Origin: a virus
Taxonomy: Duplodnaviria > Caudoviricetes
Length of the DNA: 64,000 nt
Reading direction: 5' to 3' (one strand)
IMG/VR virus record: IMGVR_UViG_3300036770_005357
The first letter of the stretch is position 1. Every line of letters begins with the position of its first letter. The notes under the pieces are model-generated. The model was not told the DNA's origin, made no database searches, and worked only from the letters and a program-made list of their open reading frames with translations. Below, piece after piece: positions 53,325 to 62,400 of this stretch. The translations under genes were made by a program, and so were the position numbers.

Positions 53325-53887
53325 TTAAATTAAGTGAATTATTGCAATCTCCGTATAGAGATGCTGTATCTATATTTGAATCTCCGTTTCAATTAAACAG
53401 GCCGTATAATCCGCAAAATTTAGAATCTATTGGAAGAAATAAAGTATTTACGGATAATATAATAGAAAAGGCGAAGAAGATTGGTAGATTTGAAGATTAT
53501 CAGTTATATGAATATGTTGTGGGTGATGATATATTCAATATATTGGAGCAGAGTGGATATACCTATGGATTTTTTCAATATAGAGTAATAAATAATATTG
53601 TTAATGAAGTGGGTATATGGCAATCGCCTATTAGTTTGGGGTTAATTAGAAGATTTATATTTGATTATATACTTAAAGTGTATGATGGATTATTATCTGA
53701 TGATGCACATACCGAGTTAGGACAAAAATATTGGGATAAAGTATTAAATCGAGCATTGAGTTTGGGTTATGGTGTATATGTTATTGAAAATGATAAAAAG
53801 ATATCTTTATCATCAAATATTGATATTAGTAAATTTTACAGCAAATCTTCGGTAGGTATGAATTATAAGTTTTTGATACAGAAATGA
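53321..53887 (+). CDS. Leader-tagged GNAT-like protein
   Basis: MIKLSELL; LLSDDAHTELGQKYW resembles the SD..QT..G...W motif of polyvalent-type GNATs. Confidence 0.5.
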   Translation: MIKLSELLQSPYRDAVSIFESPFQLNRPYNPQNLESIGRNKVFTDNIIEKAKKIGRFEDYQLYEYVVGDDIFNILEQSGYTYGFFQYRVINNIVNEVGIWQSPISLGLIRRFIFDYILKVYDGLLSDDAHTELGQKYWDKVLNRALSLGYGVYVIENDKKISLSSNIDISKFYSKSSVGMNYKFLIQK

Positions 53888-53912
53888 TGTAGAGAATATT
53901 TAATTAAGATAT

Positions 53913-54110
53913 ATGAATGATAAATTGGATAATATTGAACCGAAAGAATGTATGACATTTGATGAGGCTTGGGAGCATATGAACAAGTTGGGTATGACTG
54001 TGGTACATTTGAGTGATGATGAGTATAACAAGCTTATGGATGATATTGGCAACTGTGAGAGTATGCGAGAATTTGATGAAATAATGGATAAATTAAGATC
54101 TTCGGATTAA
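53913..54110 (+). CDS. Small acidic protein
   Basis: ORF track. Confidence 0.55.
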   Translation: MNDKLDNIEPKECMTFDEAWEHMNKLGMTVVHLSDDEYNKLMDDIGNCESMREFDEIMDKLRSSD

Positions 54111-54406
54111 CCGCTTCAAAAATGGTGTTTTAACGATAAATGTTCAATGTTTTGTAGCAAAAAGATCTTCAGCAACATCTTCGTTTTGTGTAAAAGACGC
54201 GGGGGGTGCTTGTTAATAAGCCTCCCTATAGTGAGGGTAGATGTGTAAAATATAATATTGATTAGGTGTAAAACATCTGATATATAGAGAGTAGATGAGT
54301 TCCGAAGGAACTATCGTATGTTACACATCAATGTTTGGTAGAGCTTCAGGTGAAGTTGACGCAAATGGTGATTAGTTGTACATAAAAATATATAAAAAGG
54401 AACAAA

Positions 54407-56287
54407 ATGAGCAATCTTGAAATGGTTGGAAATGCTAAGATATATAGTAATCAGATAGAAGCTGGTAAGAGTGTGTGTGAAAAGTTGTTAGATGGGCCTA
54501 CACATTTAACGGCTGGATGTCAGAGTGGAAAAACTGGGGTAGTCATATATGCAGTAAATCAGTTTTTAAATGGATTTGCTTTAGATAAAAGCAAAATACT
54601 TAAAGAAGTTGATAAAGACGAAGCATTTAATAATATGTTAGGTAGGACTCAAATAATTTGGATTAATGCTCGTAGTGATAATTATTTAAGGGATCAGACT
54701 GAGAAGAGGTTAATAGAGGCGTTTGGGGTAAACAAGATATTGACGAGAGACAGTATTAGTCGTAGGCGTACATTGAGTGTTAATAATAACGCTAAGAAAG
54801 GTAAGTTAATTGGTAAGATATATATTGGACATTTGTGTGATCTACAGATAGATAACAATGATAATTTGGTTCAATTAAAGAATGTGATTGATGAAAACGA
54901 GCCAATATTATTGATATTGGATGAGAGTCATGTAGGACAGGATAAATTTGACCGTAAGGTTTCTGTAGATGAGGATGGTAAGATAACTGAGTATAATGTT
55001 GGAGTATTGGATAATTTCTGTAAGAATTTGTTGGGAATACATTTGACGCAGCCAAAAGACAAATGGGATAACCGCAGGTATTTATTGAGTATGAGTGCTA
55101 CACGGCCGAGTTGGTCTGTATATATTGAAGCATTCAAGGAGAATTTTGGGGACGATTATGTACCTAACATTGTTCATTTGCATCCTGGCAAAGATTATTG
55201 TGGTATTGCCAAGGATTATGATAATGTTAGTGACAGCAGGTTTGTTCAAGCCGAACCGTTTTATGATAAAACGACACGACTCGTAAGCAAACAAATAATT
55301 GATGAAGTCAAAAATTTGACAGTTGGAAAATGTATATTGATACGGTGTAAATTACAGGACAGTAAAGGTATGATAGAATCCTTGGAGAACATGGGTTTTA
55401 AAAGTGGTGAATATTCATATAGACAGTGTGGTATCAATCATGTACATGGTGACGCGGATGCTTTAACATCATATTTAAAAGATTGTACGGAGATGTCTGA
55501 TGAAAAGACTATAATTTTCATTGAGAATTTTCTTGGTGCGGGTGCTACATTTCCCAATGTTAGGATAAGTGCTCAATTTGAGAGATATAATAAATCTAAT
55601 CCGACATCACATATTCAGAGTGTAGGTCGTAGTTTTGGATATAGCGATGAATATATTGATATAGATGGAAACATAAAAGTTTTCAACAAAAAGGATGCTA
55701 AGTACAAGATATATTGTGATTTAGAAGCGATGAAATTGTATCAAGATGGATTCAACACGGAAAAACCTATGTTTAGCGATTCAGCTTTGACTACAATTCG
55801 TAGTCGTAATGTTGATGGAAATGCAGTGTGGTGTTGTGATATAGTACCGAAACAACTTGGAATAAGTGTACATTCAACATTACAAAAATATTATTCTACT
55901 AAATTTCCTGATCATGGTAAGAATCTTAAATTAAAAAGAAAGGCACAGAATAATATTCGTATAAGTTACACATCTGGTTCCGGATGGTTGGACTTAAATA
56001 GGTTAATTTTAAATAAACAAACGAAAAGCGATGGAGAGAGTATTTTGAACAGAGTTATTTGTATTGACGGACCTAATTCAAAACATAATGTAGTTGATGA
56101 GTTTTTTGGTTATAAAAATAGTTATGATGAATTAATTGAAAATATTAAAAATGGCAATAATTGGTTATGTAAAGAATTTGGTTTAACCGATGAAATGTTT
56201 GAAAAACACCATATATGCGTTTATGCTTATAAAAATGATATGAAATCATTTACGATTAAAAGACATACAACTTTAAGCATAACTTAA
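54407..56287 (+). CDS. Divergent SF2 helicase/ATPase (restriction- or Z1-associated-like)
   Basis: AGCQSGKT, LILDESH, SMSATR, LGAGATFP, HIQSVGRSFGY. Confidence 0.75.
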   Translation: MSNLEMVGNAKIYSNQIEAGKSVCEKLLDGPTHLTAGCQSGKTGVVIYAVNQFLNGFALDKSKILKEVDKDEAFNNMLGRTQIIWINARSDNYLRDQTEKRLIEAFGVNKILTRDSISRRRTLSVNNNAKKGKLIGKIYIGHLCDLQIDNNDNLVQLKNVIDENEPILLILDESHVGQDKFDRKVSVDEDGKITEYNVGVLDNFCKNLLGIHLTQPKDKWDNRRYLLSMSATRPSWSVYIEAFKENFGDDYVPNIVHLHPGKDYCGIAKDYDNVSDSRFVQAEPFYDKTTRLVSKQIIDEVKNLTVGKCILIRCKLQDSKGMIESLENMGFKSGEYSYRQCGINHVHGDADALTSYLKDCTEMSDEKTIIFIENFLGAGATFPNVRISAQFERYNKSNPTSHIQSVGRSFGYSDEYIDIDGNIKVFNKKDAKYKIYCDLEAMKLYQDGFNTEKPMFSDSALTTIRSRNVDGNAVWCCDIVPKQLGISVHSTLQKYYSTKFPDHGKNLKLKRKAQNNIRISYTSGSGWLDLNRLILNKQTKSDGESILNRVICIDGPNSKHNVVDEFFGYKNSYDELIENIKNGNNWLCKEFGLTDEMFEKHHICVYAYKNDMKSFTIKRHTTLSIT

Positions 56288-56307
56288 AAAACATAAATAA
56301 AATAAAA

Positions 56308-56345
56308 CTTCCCGTTGACATTTTGTTTGTTGACGGGATTTTTTA
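56308..56345 (+). terminator. Rho-independent terminator
   Basis: tcccgt...acgggattttt. Confidence 0.7.
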
Positions 56346-56382
56346 TTGATACCGCTTAAAAAGTGTTGTATACTTGTTATCA

Positions 56383-56838
56383 ATGAAAAATGGTGATTTG
56401 GAAGCGTTAGTTAGAAAGTATCCCGTAACTAATATTGATTGGGAACTGAATAATGTTAATGTAATGAACATGAGCATAAGAAAAGCTGTATTCTACTATA
56501 GATCTGGAAAGTTATTAACTAAGTCATTGGATCATAGTTTTATGACTACACTAACTCAGCGAATGATTGATGCTGAAACGCTATATGTTAATGTATATGA
56601 TCATTTTGTTAGGCGGTTAAAACGAGATGATTATAATTTTGTAAACATATTGGTTGATGCTTGGGGCAGACAATTTCCGAAGTATGGTGATGTACGGTCT
56701 AGTTCATGTCCCAATCAGAATAATAGTATATATGATAATGGGTATGAGTTAAAGGATGGCAATGATATAATTGTGTGTAGGGTTACTGTAAGCAGCATAG
56801 AGGGTCGTGCTATTTATTTTCTGGATGTGTTTGAGTGA
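56383..56838 (+). CDS. Hypothetical protein, paralog of 52649-53080
   Basis: See paralog; start reassigned to MKNGDL. Confidence 0.65.
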   Translation: MKNGDLEALVRKYPVTNIDWELNNVNVMNMSIRKAVFYYRSGKLLTKSLDHSFMTTLTQRMIDAETLYVNVYDHFVRRLKRDDYNFVNILVDAWGRQFPKYGDVRSSSCPNQNNSIYDNGYELKDGNDIIVCRVTVSSIEGRAIYFLDVFE

Positions 56839-56854
56839 GTTATATTTATAAAAT

Positions 56855-57928
56855 ATGATTAAATTCAAAGACATATTGTGTGAAGTGTCTGAACAAGAAG
56901 TGAGTAAGATACAATCTTTTATTGACAGCAATCAATTTTTGAAGGGTAAGATTGTAAATATAAATGATTTGATTGACGGCGACAAATTTGTATTGTATGT
57001 AAGTGATGACGCTTTATCTCATATAAAAGAAAGACATAAGGATGAAACCAAACCGGGATCCATATTTGATGTTGGTATTAATTTAAGAGCTGTATTGAGT
57101 AAGTTAATAAATTTACCTCCATCTGAACAATCAGGTGGTAGAGTTAAGTGGTTAGGCGTAAATGTTGGCTCTCCAATTGGTAAGATGGGTGTAAAGTTAG
57201 GCAGCCCAGAACAAGTTGCTAGTATGACTGACTATCAAATGCCTGACGGTAAAAAGGAGATGGTAAAAGTAGCTGTAGGTGAAAGAAATCCAACAAGTGA
57301 AATTAGTTTAATTACCGGAGAACTCGGTGAATTAGAAAATGGCAAGAAGGTATTATCATTAATATCAGCATTTCCGGGTGGAATGAGTGTTGATGGTGTA
57401 GAGTTGCCGATGGATAGAGGACAATTTGCTAGTAAAGGACTATATTTTATGATTACTAAAACAAATACTTTAAACGAAACATTTAATAAACATTTAGGTT
57501 ATCTCAAAAAGAAATTAATAACCGAGAACATTACAGACGATTGGTTTAGTGAAGGTGCTTTTAGTACTTACAAGAAACCTGCTGTAGAACAATATGAGAT
57601 TGCTGCACAAGATGGTGTATTAAAGACATTGGAGGGTGAACAATCATATAAGAAAGGATATTATATATTGACCGGTCCAAAAGGTGAGAAGTATAGTATG
57701 CCTCCTGAAAAGTTTAATGAGTTGAAAGATGATTTGGGTGATGGCAAGTGTAGTCCCAAGAAGATAATGAAAGTTGCTAAGTTAGCCGATCATGATGGTA
57801 GTGTACAAACCAGTTGGGGAGCTAAGTTAGATTATACAGCTGGCAATGATTATATAGTTAAGCATGGACCGGGTGATTATGGAGTGGTAAAGAAGGATAT
57901 TTTTGATACCACTTATGTTAAATCATAA
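56855..57928 (+). CDS. Leader-tagged two-domain protein with C-terminal PGDYG-family domain
   Basis: MIKFKDILCE; TLEGEQSYKKG.YILTGPKGEKY ... YIVKHGPGDYGVVKKDIF. Confidence 0.75.
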   Translation: MIKFKDILCEVSEQEVSKIQSFIDSNQFLKGKIVNINDLIDGDKFVLYVSDDALSHIKERHKDETKPGSIFDVGINLRAVLSKLINLPPSEQSGGRVKWLGVNVGSPIGKMGVKLGSPEQVASMTDYQMPDGKKEMVKVAVGERNPTSEISLITGELGELENGKKVLSLISAFPGGMSVDGVELPMDRGQFASKGLYFMITKTNTLNETFNKHLGYLKKKLITENITDDWFSEGAFSTYKKPAVEQYEIAAQDGVLKTLEGEQSYKKGYYILTGPKGEKYSMPPEKFNELKDDLGDGKCSPKKIMKVAKLADHDGSVQTSWGAKLDYTAGNDYIVKHGPGDYGVVKKDIFDTTYVKS

Positions 57929-57964
57929 ATTATTTATATTTATTCATATTAACCACAACAAATT

Positions 57965-58237
57965 ATGACAAAGAGTGAACTTAAAGCATTGATTAGAGAA
58001 ACACTAAGTGAAACAACCAATGAAATGTTTGGAAGCAGACCCGATCTTGCTTCACTAACAAATGAACTTACAAAAAAGAGAGATGAACTTGACGGTTTGT
58101 TTGATAAGCTTATCTCTGAATTAGACACACAAGGTGATAGTGCGCACAGTTATAAAGTTAAACTTGCTCGTGATGTTGTTGATAAGGCACTTTTCTCTCT
58201 CAACAATTCGTTGGAAAACAAATATGGCAATAGATAA
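57965..58237 (+). CDS. Leader-tagged helical protein
   Basis: MTKSELKALIRETLSE. Confidence 0.75.
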   Translation: MTKSELKALIRETLSETTNEMFGSRPDLASLTNELTKKRDELDGLFDKLISELDTQGDSAHSYKVKLARDVVDKALFSLNNSLENKYGNR

Positions 58238-58273
58238 TTAATTTATATTTATTATTATTAACCACAACAAATT

Positions 58274-58627
58274 ATGACAAAAAGTGAACTCAAGAAATTA
58301 ATCAAAGAAGTATTATCTGAAGCTCAATCTCAAATAGATCCAAAAGCTATGGTTGGAAGCGAGATTGCTGCTTGGAAGACAGCTGCTGCTGCAATTGCAA
58401 AAAAATTGACTGTTGATTTGGTCGGCAAGCCAATGACAGGTGAATTGGTAAAGGGAGATCCATATAGTTATACTGCTAAGAGAAAGCCTATTGCGACTAC
58501 AATTAAATCCATAGATGTTGATTTGACATATAGAACAGGCGAAGGAACTACTAAATGTTATTTAAGCATTTATGCTAGAGGTGAACAAGGTCAAGCTGGT
58601 GAATTGATATTCGGTGAATATATCTAA
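58274..58627 (+). CDS. Leader-tagged protein, tandem paralog 1
   Basis: MTKSELKKLIKEVLSE. Confidence 0.8.
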   Translation: MTKSELKKLIKEVLSEAQSQIDPKAMVGSEIAAWKTAAAAIAKKLTVDLVGKPMTGELVKGDPYSYTAKRKPIATTIKSIDVDLTYRTGEGTTKCYLSIYARGEQGQAGELIFGEYI

Positions 58628-58643
58628 AAAAAGGAATAATATT

Positions 58644-59006
58644 ATGACAAAGAGTGAACTTAAGAAACTAATCAAGGAAGTATTATCTGAAGCTGAATCC
58701 CAAATAGATGCAAAAGCTATAGCTGGAAGCGAAATTAACGCTTGGAAAAAAATATGTGAAACACTCTCAAAAAAATTGACTGCTGCTTTGGTAGGTAAAC
58801 CGATGACAGGTGAATTGGTAAAGGGTGATCCATATAGTTATACTGCTAAGAGAAAGCCTATTGCGACTACAATTAAATCCATAGACGTTCAATTAACATA
58901 TAAAAACAACCCAGATGATACTGAAGGTTCACGATTTTATTTAAGCATTTATGCCAATGGCAGCTCGGGTCAAGCTGGTGAATATATATTCGGTAAATAT
59001 ATCTAA
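58644..59006 (+). CDS. Leader-tagged protein, tandem paralog 2
   Basis: MTKSELKKLIKEVLSE; AAGGAA SD; shares LVGKPMTGELVKGDPYSYTAKRKPIATTIKSIDV exactly with paralog 1. Confidence 0.8.
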   Translation: MTKSELKKLIKEVLSEAESQIDAKAIAGSEINAWKKICETLSKKLTAALVGKPMTGELVKGDPYSYTAKRKPIATTIKSIDVQLTYKNNPDDTEGSRFYLSIYANGSSGQAGEYIFGKYI

Positions 59007-59022
59007 AAAAAGGAATAACATT

Positions 59023-59205
59023 ATGACAAAACAAGAACTTAAGAAATTAATCAAAGAAACAATGAGTGAAATGGCAACTGAAGCAGCTGAACCAGCTGGT
59101 TTAAGAGGTGCTACTGTATTTCGTATAATGGAAAAAGGTGGTAAAGTATATATTCAACTGTATAGCGATACTACCCATCAAACATTTGATGCAGTACTTG
59201 TTTAA
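59023..59205 (+). CDS. Leader-tagged small protein
   Basis: MTKQELKKLIKETMSE; AAGGAA SD; start reassigned from 58951. Confidence 0.75.
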   Translation: MTKQELKKLIKETMSEMATEAAEPAGLRGATVFRIMEKGGKVYIQLYSDTTHQTFDAVLV

Positions 59206-59216
59206 ACAATTATTTT

Positions 59217-59525
59217 ATGATTAGATTCAAGAAATTAATTAATGAGATGATGCAACTTCGTGGAAAGTATCAAGATGGTACTGAATTTGAAGTTGATCCA
59301 AATGGTAAGCCATTGAAGTTTATTTTTAACGGCAAAGAAATTCCACCAAGTGAATGGACTGATTTGGGTTATTCCAATGGTTGGTCTGCTGAAGAAAAAG
59401 CAAAATACAATTCAATGTTTAGTGGCAAGAAAGTATATAGCACATCATTGAATTATAGAGGCACTTTGGATGCTAGATATTATCCTGAATTGAAATCATA
59501 TTATTTAGTAGACAGTAGTGGTTAG
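59217..59525 (+). CDS. Leader-tagged protein
   Basis: MIRFKKLINE; terminator at 59550-59582. Confidence 0.7.
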   Translation: MIRFKKLINEMMQLRGKYQDGTEFEVDPNGKPLKFIFNGKEIPPSEWTDLGYSNGWSAEEKAKYNSMFSGKKVYSTSLNYRGTLDARYYPELKSYYLVDSSG

Positions 59526-59603
59526 ACAATAAATTATATAATTTAGATATCCCCGCTTCAAATAATTGGAGTGGGGATTTTTATTTGGTTATATTTATAG
59601 TAT

Positions 59604-60167
59604 ATGATCAAGTTGAAAGATTTATTGAATGAAGTATTTAGTTTACCTGACATTGTATATCATGGCAGTGGATTAGATTTTGATAAGTTTGATAAAAACA
59701 AAAGTAATTTTAGAGGTACTATATATTTTACCACCAACAAAGATTTTGCTAAATCATTTGCTACAGACAGAGGCACAGGTAAAACAATAATATATCATTG
59801 TAAGTTGAATATTGATAAGATGTTTGATCCGGAAGATATTAATTCTTTAAATGCATTAAAACCTATCATACGAGATCTAATTGAGAAAAAGTATAAAGAT
59901 ACAGTAACAAATGCTTCTTTTATTATTCCAAGTGGACCGATTTATATTGACGGCAATGAAATTACAAATCCATCATTGGATGACGCTGTTAATTGGTATC
60001 TGTGGAGAATCAAGAATGGCGCTTGGCGAATACTTGAAGGAGAAAACATATTGAACTTCATAAAACAATCTGGTTACGATGCTGTTTTGACAAAAGAACG
60101 TGGATCTCAAAATATAGCGGTATTTGATCCTGATAAAGTTACGATAGTTAAGAAAGAATACATCTAG
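59604..60167 (+). CDS. Leader-tagged ADP-ribosyltransferase-like protein (ART-PolyVal-like)
   Basis: MIKLKDLLNE; VYHGS...GTIYFTTNKDFAKSFA...GYDAV..KE...NIAVFDP. Confidence 0.7.
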   Translation: MIKLKDLLNEVFSLPDIVYHGSGLDFDKFDKNKSNFRGTIYFTTNKDFAKSFATDRGTGKTIIYHCKLNIDKMFDPEDINSLNALKPIIRDLIEKKYKDTVTNASFIIPSGPIYIDGNEITNPSLDDAVNWYLWRIKNGAWRILEGENILNFIKQSGYDAVLTKERGSQNIAVFDPDKVTIVKKEYI

Positions 60168-60187
60168 TTTTTTATATTTATATTAAC

Positions 60188-61846
60188 ATGATTAGTTTAC
60201 ATACAATTTTAAGTGAAAATGTAGATCAAAATATTGATCGTATAAAAGCCGCTTACAAATTCTTTATACAACATTTAGGATTGCCAGCTGGTAGAATCAA
60301 ATTAAAGCTGGGTCCACTAAGTGTTGATCCAGATTCTGGATTACCAACACAAGCAAGTGTATTTGTAAGCAAAGATAAACCGGCTAAATACATTATAACA
60401 GTTAATAGCAAAAGCGCTGTAAGTGTATCTGATTTGATAAGACATTTAGCACATGAGATGCAACATATACTTCAAACTGAATCTGGTAGATTTGATGTAT
60501 ATACACACACTTGGGATGGAAAGACTTATGAAGTAACTAAAGGCACTGAAGAATATTATAATTTACCGTGGGAAAGAGATGCTCGTAAAGCAGCATTTGA
60601 ATTGGAATTGGCATTTACCAGATATATGCGTGATAAAGGTGCAAGTAAGAGTTATAAGAAATTAAATGAGAATCCGGATACAATTGTTTATAAAGGTCAA
60701 TATTATGTATATAGCACTCCACACAACAAGGCTAGTTTCTTAATTTATAAGGATGATAAAACTAAAAAAGAAACGCTATTTGGTTTTAGTGTTAATAAAA
60801 AAGATTTCTTTAGTTCCGATCCAGATGTTATAAAAGAAATAGAAGAACTTACAAAGGGTACAGATTATTCACAATATTATACACGACAAAAAATTGAAGA
60901 TTTCAAAAGTGCTTCAAATGGCAAGGGTCATTATGATTTAGAAAAATTATTGATGGAACTCAGAAGATATGATAATGGCGGTCTTTCAAGAGGTAGAATA
61001 TTTGAATTACCCGATGATATTACTGTATGTACATTTTGGGAACCAAAAAATGTTGTCTTGAAGTATTTGAAATTTTACGAAGAAGCCATTAAATCAAGTG
61101 GTTATGATCCTAAAAAGATATTATACGAACCATATGATGTTAAGAATTTCATAACATATGAAGAGTTTATTAGTAATACATCTCCTGATCCTACATATGT
61201 AACTTTAAACGACGGTAGCTTAGCTAAGGTTGGTGAAAAGGTTGTTATAATTTATCTTTCACACGATCCGAATGATTTAAATAATCCAGATGGTGAAATT
61301 GTAAAAATAATAAATGGCAATAGAGTTAAAGTAAAAATTCTCAACTCTAGAGCTCCACAATATTTCAAAGTTGGAGATGAAACGGAGGAAGCCGGTAATT
61401 ATCTTCTTCCATATGATCAAAAAACAAGATATCCAGATGCAGGTGGTGAAGATATAAGTTCGGTAATTGATACAAAGACAAAAGAATTTGTAGATAAACG
61501 AGCAAAATTACACACAACAGGTGCAGCACTTACAACCGCTGAAAAAGAAGCACTTGAAGTGGAAGTAGATAGTTTAGAAACAGAAATCAAATTGTTAAGA
61601 GACATAATGGCTTCCGGTGAAAAATATTATACGGATAATGTGAAAGATGTAGTGAGTAAATCTGTTGCGCGTAAATTACATGCTAAGAAAAAAGAAAAAC
61701 AAGATCAATACAGTTTGATTGCACAAGCTGAAAAACAATTTGGTATGCCTATTGCACAAATAAGACAAAAGTATAGAGGTGTACCGTTGGATCAATTGAT
61801 CAAGAAAGAATCGTTATATAGAAAGATAATGAACCAAATTCTATAA
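60188..61846 (+). CDS. Leader-tagged multidomain protein with N-terminal zincin metallopeptidase motif
   Basis: MISLHTILSE; LAHEMQHILQ (HExxH); YYNLPWERDAR. Confidence 0.75.
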   Translation: MISLHTILSENVDQNIDRIKAAYKFFIQHLGLPAGRIKLKLGPLSVDPDSGLPTQASVFVSKDKPAKYIITVNSKSAVSVSDLIRHLAHEMQHILQTESGRFDVYTHTWDGKTYEVTKGTEEYYNLPWERDARKAAFELELAFTRYMRDKGASKSYKKLNENPDTIVYKGQYYVYSTPHNKASFLIYKDDKTKKETLFGFSVNKKDFFSSDPDVIKEIEELTKGTDYSQYYTRQKIEDFKSASNGKGHYDLEKLLMELRRYDNGGLSRGRIFELPDDITVCTFWEPKNVVLKYLKFYEEAIKSSGYDPKKILYEPYDVKNFITYEEFISNTSPDPTYVTLNDGSLAKVGEKVVIIYLSHDPNDLNNPDGEIVKIINGNRVKVKILNSRAPQYFKVGDETEEAGNYLLPYDQKTRYPDAGGEDISSVIDTKTKEFVDKRAKLHTTGAALTTAEKEALEVEVDSLETEIKLLRDIMASGEKYYTDNVKDVVSKSVARKLHAKKKEKQDQYSLIAQAEKQFGMPIAQIRQKYRGVPLDQLIKKESLYRKIMNQIL

Positions 61847-62386
61847 ATGATATTATTAACTATTTTACTTTGCGTATTGTGGTGTAGTATTTGTGAATGG
61901 TTACTACACAAGTATATGATGCACAATGCTTTATTTGGATTTCAATATCCGTATGAAGCACATGCTAAGATACATCATACAACATTTAAGGCTGATGACA
62001 CTTATCAATTGCAGAACGAAGTGGATAAAAAGACTATTGCAATGGCGTGGTGGAATTCATTTGCAATTGCTTTGATGGCGAGTGTACCACTTATAATATT
62101 GGGGTGGAAATATTTCTTTATCAATTATGTTGTAGCGATGTGTTATTATGGTGTATATGAAACATTACATTGGTGTATGCATTTACCTAAAAGAAGAAAG
62201 GTAGAGTATAGTACTTGGTATAGAAAGTTGAACGGTCATCATATATTACATCATCGGTACTTAAAAAAGAACTATAATGTAGTATTACCGTTTGCAGATT
62301 TGATATTTGGAACATTATTGACAAAGAGTCCAATAAAGTTCAATCAAGTAAAACCAAGTTATTGTGTGCCTGATGTACAACCTTAA
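61847..62386 (+). CDS. Fatty-acid hydroxylase/sterol desaturase family protein
   Basis: His boxes HKYMMH, HAKIHH, HWCMH, HHILHH; TM segments. Confidence 0.85.
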   Translation: MILLTILLCVLWCSICEWLLHKYMMHNALFGFQYPYEAHAKIHHTTFKADDTYQLQNEVDKKTIAMAWWNSFAIALMASVPLIILGWKYFFINYVVAMCYYGVYETLHWCMHLPKRRKVEYSTWYRKLNGHHILHHRYLKKNYNVVLPFADLIFGTLLTKSPIKFNQVKPSYCVPDVQP

Positions 62387-62400
62387 TATATTTATAAGAT

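Larger units (their letters stand above)
56843..62396 (+). promoter_or_regulatory. TATTTATA late-promoter-like motif 3-6 nt before ATG
   Basis: Plus strand at 24801, 56843, 59592, 60175, 62389; minus strand at 8277, 13093, 47470. Confidence 0.7.

Noticed and set aside
43277-56287. Helicases as a bacterial defence island
   Set aside because: No methylase or other defence partner; the context is entirely phage-like
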